DNA of 64,000 nucleotides, from assembly GCF_009914755.1 (NCBI RefSeq), contig NC_060930.1, one strand, 5' to 3'. Position numbers and translations under genes: made by a program. This document shows positions 62,790 through 64,000 of this stretch, piece after piece. Within the stretch, counting starts at the first letter, position 1. Every line of letters begins with the position of its first letter. The stretch is from the human T2T-CHM13v2.0 reference genome, Homo sapiens. The notes below the pieces were generated by a model. It was given only the letters and a program-made list of their open reading frames with translations. It had not been told where the DNA came from and searched no databases.

Positions 62790-64000
62790 TGATATTGTTT
62801 GGATCTGTGTCTCCACCCAAATCTCATGTTCACTTGTAATCACTAAGGTTGGAGGTGGCACCTCAGGGAGGTGATTGGCTCATGAGGATGGATCCTTCAT
62901 GAATAGTTTAGGACCATCTCTTTGGTGCTGTTCTTGTGATAGTTCTCACAACGTCTGGTGTTTAAAAGTGTGTGGTACCTCCCTGCTCTCTCTCCCTCCT
63001 ACTCCAGGCTTGTAAGTCATGCCTACTTCCCCTTAACCTTCCAGCATGATTGAAAATTTCCTGAGGTCCTCTCATAAGTTGAGCAGATGCCAGAATCATA
63101 CTTTCATATAGCCTGCAGAACCATGAGCCAATTTAAACCTTCTGTCTTTATAAATTACCCAGTCTCAGGTATTTCTTTATAACAGTTGAGAATGAATAAT
63201 TCAGAAAATCGGTACCAGAAGTTGGGTACTGCAATAAACGTAGCTGAAAATGTGAAAATGTCTTTGGAACTGGGTAACAGGTAGAGGTTGGAAGAGTTTG
63301 GAGAGTTTAGAAGACAAGAAAATGGGGGAAAACTTGCAACTTCCTAGAGGTTTGTTAAATTGTTGTGACCAAAATGCTGATAGTGATATAGACAATAGAG
63401 CCCAGGCTGATGAGGTCTCAGATGGAGATGAGGAACTTACTGGGACCTAGAGAAAAGGTCACTTTTGTTATGCATTGGCAAAGAACTTGGAGGCATTCTG
63501 CCCCCTCCTTAGGGATCTGTGGAACTTTGAACATGAGGGTGATGATTAAGGGTATCTGATAGAAGAAATTTCTAAGCAGCATAGCATTCAAGATTTGGCT
63601 TCCTGTTGTAATAGTCTATGCACATATGTGTGAGCAAAAAAATGATCTGAAACTGGAACTGATATTTAAAGGGGAAATTTAATATCCAGGACAATTCCCA
63701 GTGGAGCTGCAGGAGCAGGACCCCTATCAGGACTACTAAATGGTGGAGCCACTGGCAATGTGCAAGCTCAGCTTGGAAAATCCATAGGTATTCAATTTTC
63801 ACCCATGAGAGCAGCTATATGGGTTATGTTCAGCAAAGCCAAGGATGTGGGGCTGCAAATGGCATTGTGAGCCCACCACTTGAACCAGTGTGCTCAGGAT
63901 TCAAGATATAGGGTCAAAGGAGATTATTTTAGAGCTTTAAATTTTAACATCTTCCATGATGAGTTTCAGCTTTGTGAGGACACTGCATTCATTTCTTTTG
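62790..64000 (+). mobile_element. MST LTR (62790-~63203) and MST internal, runs off window
   Basis: tgatattgtttggatctgtgtctccacccaaatctc...; internal start gaaaatcggtaccagaag; orthologous position to 3933. Confidence 0.85.

Overview
Human (hominid) MHC class I 'alpha block', chr6p21-22. It carries one intact gene, HLA-A (8 exons, 46481-49383, 365 aa, sequence matching the A*01:01 allotype, so not the A*03 GRCh38 primary haplotype). Around it are class I pseudogenes HLA-T, HLA-K, HLA-U and HLA-W and an intron-containing DDX39B/MCCD1 pseudogene pair (DDX39BP1/MCCD1P1). The window is built from 3-4 tandem segmental duplicons (HERV16 - L1 - MLT1/THE1 - class I gene) with many Alu, L1, LTR and one SVA insertion. 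I see no novel biological system; this is a well-studied locus, and pseudogene names rest on my recollection of the gene order. The interesting signal comes from comparing the paralogous blocks inside the window. It shows an SVA insertion lacking a TSD where ~4.5 kb of paralogous sequence is missing. HLA-U looks like a captured A-like exon-3 fragment with templated-insertion scars at both ends. There are several other templated or duplicated junctions, a ~290 bp inverted duplication in HERV16, and a disrupted distal poly(A) signal in HLA-A. Repeat family names and boundaries are by eye and approximate.
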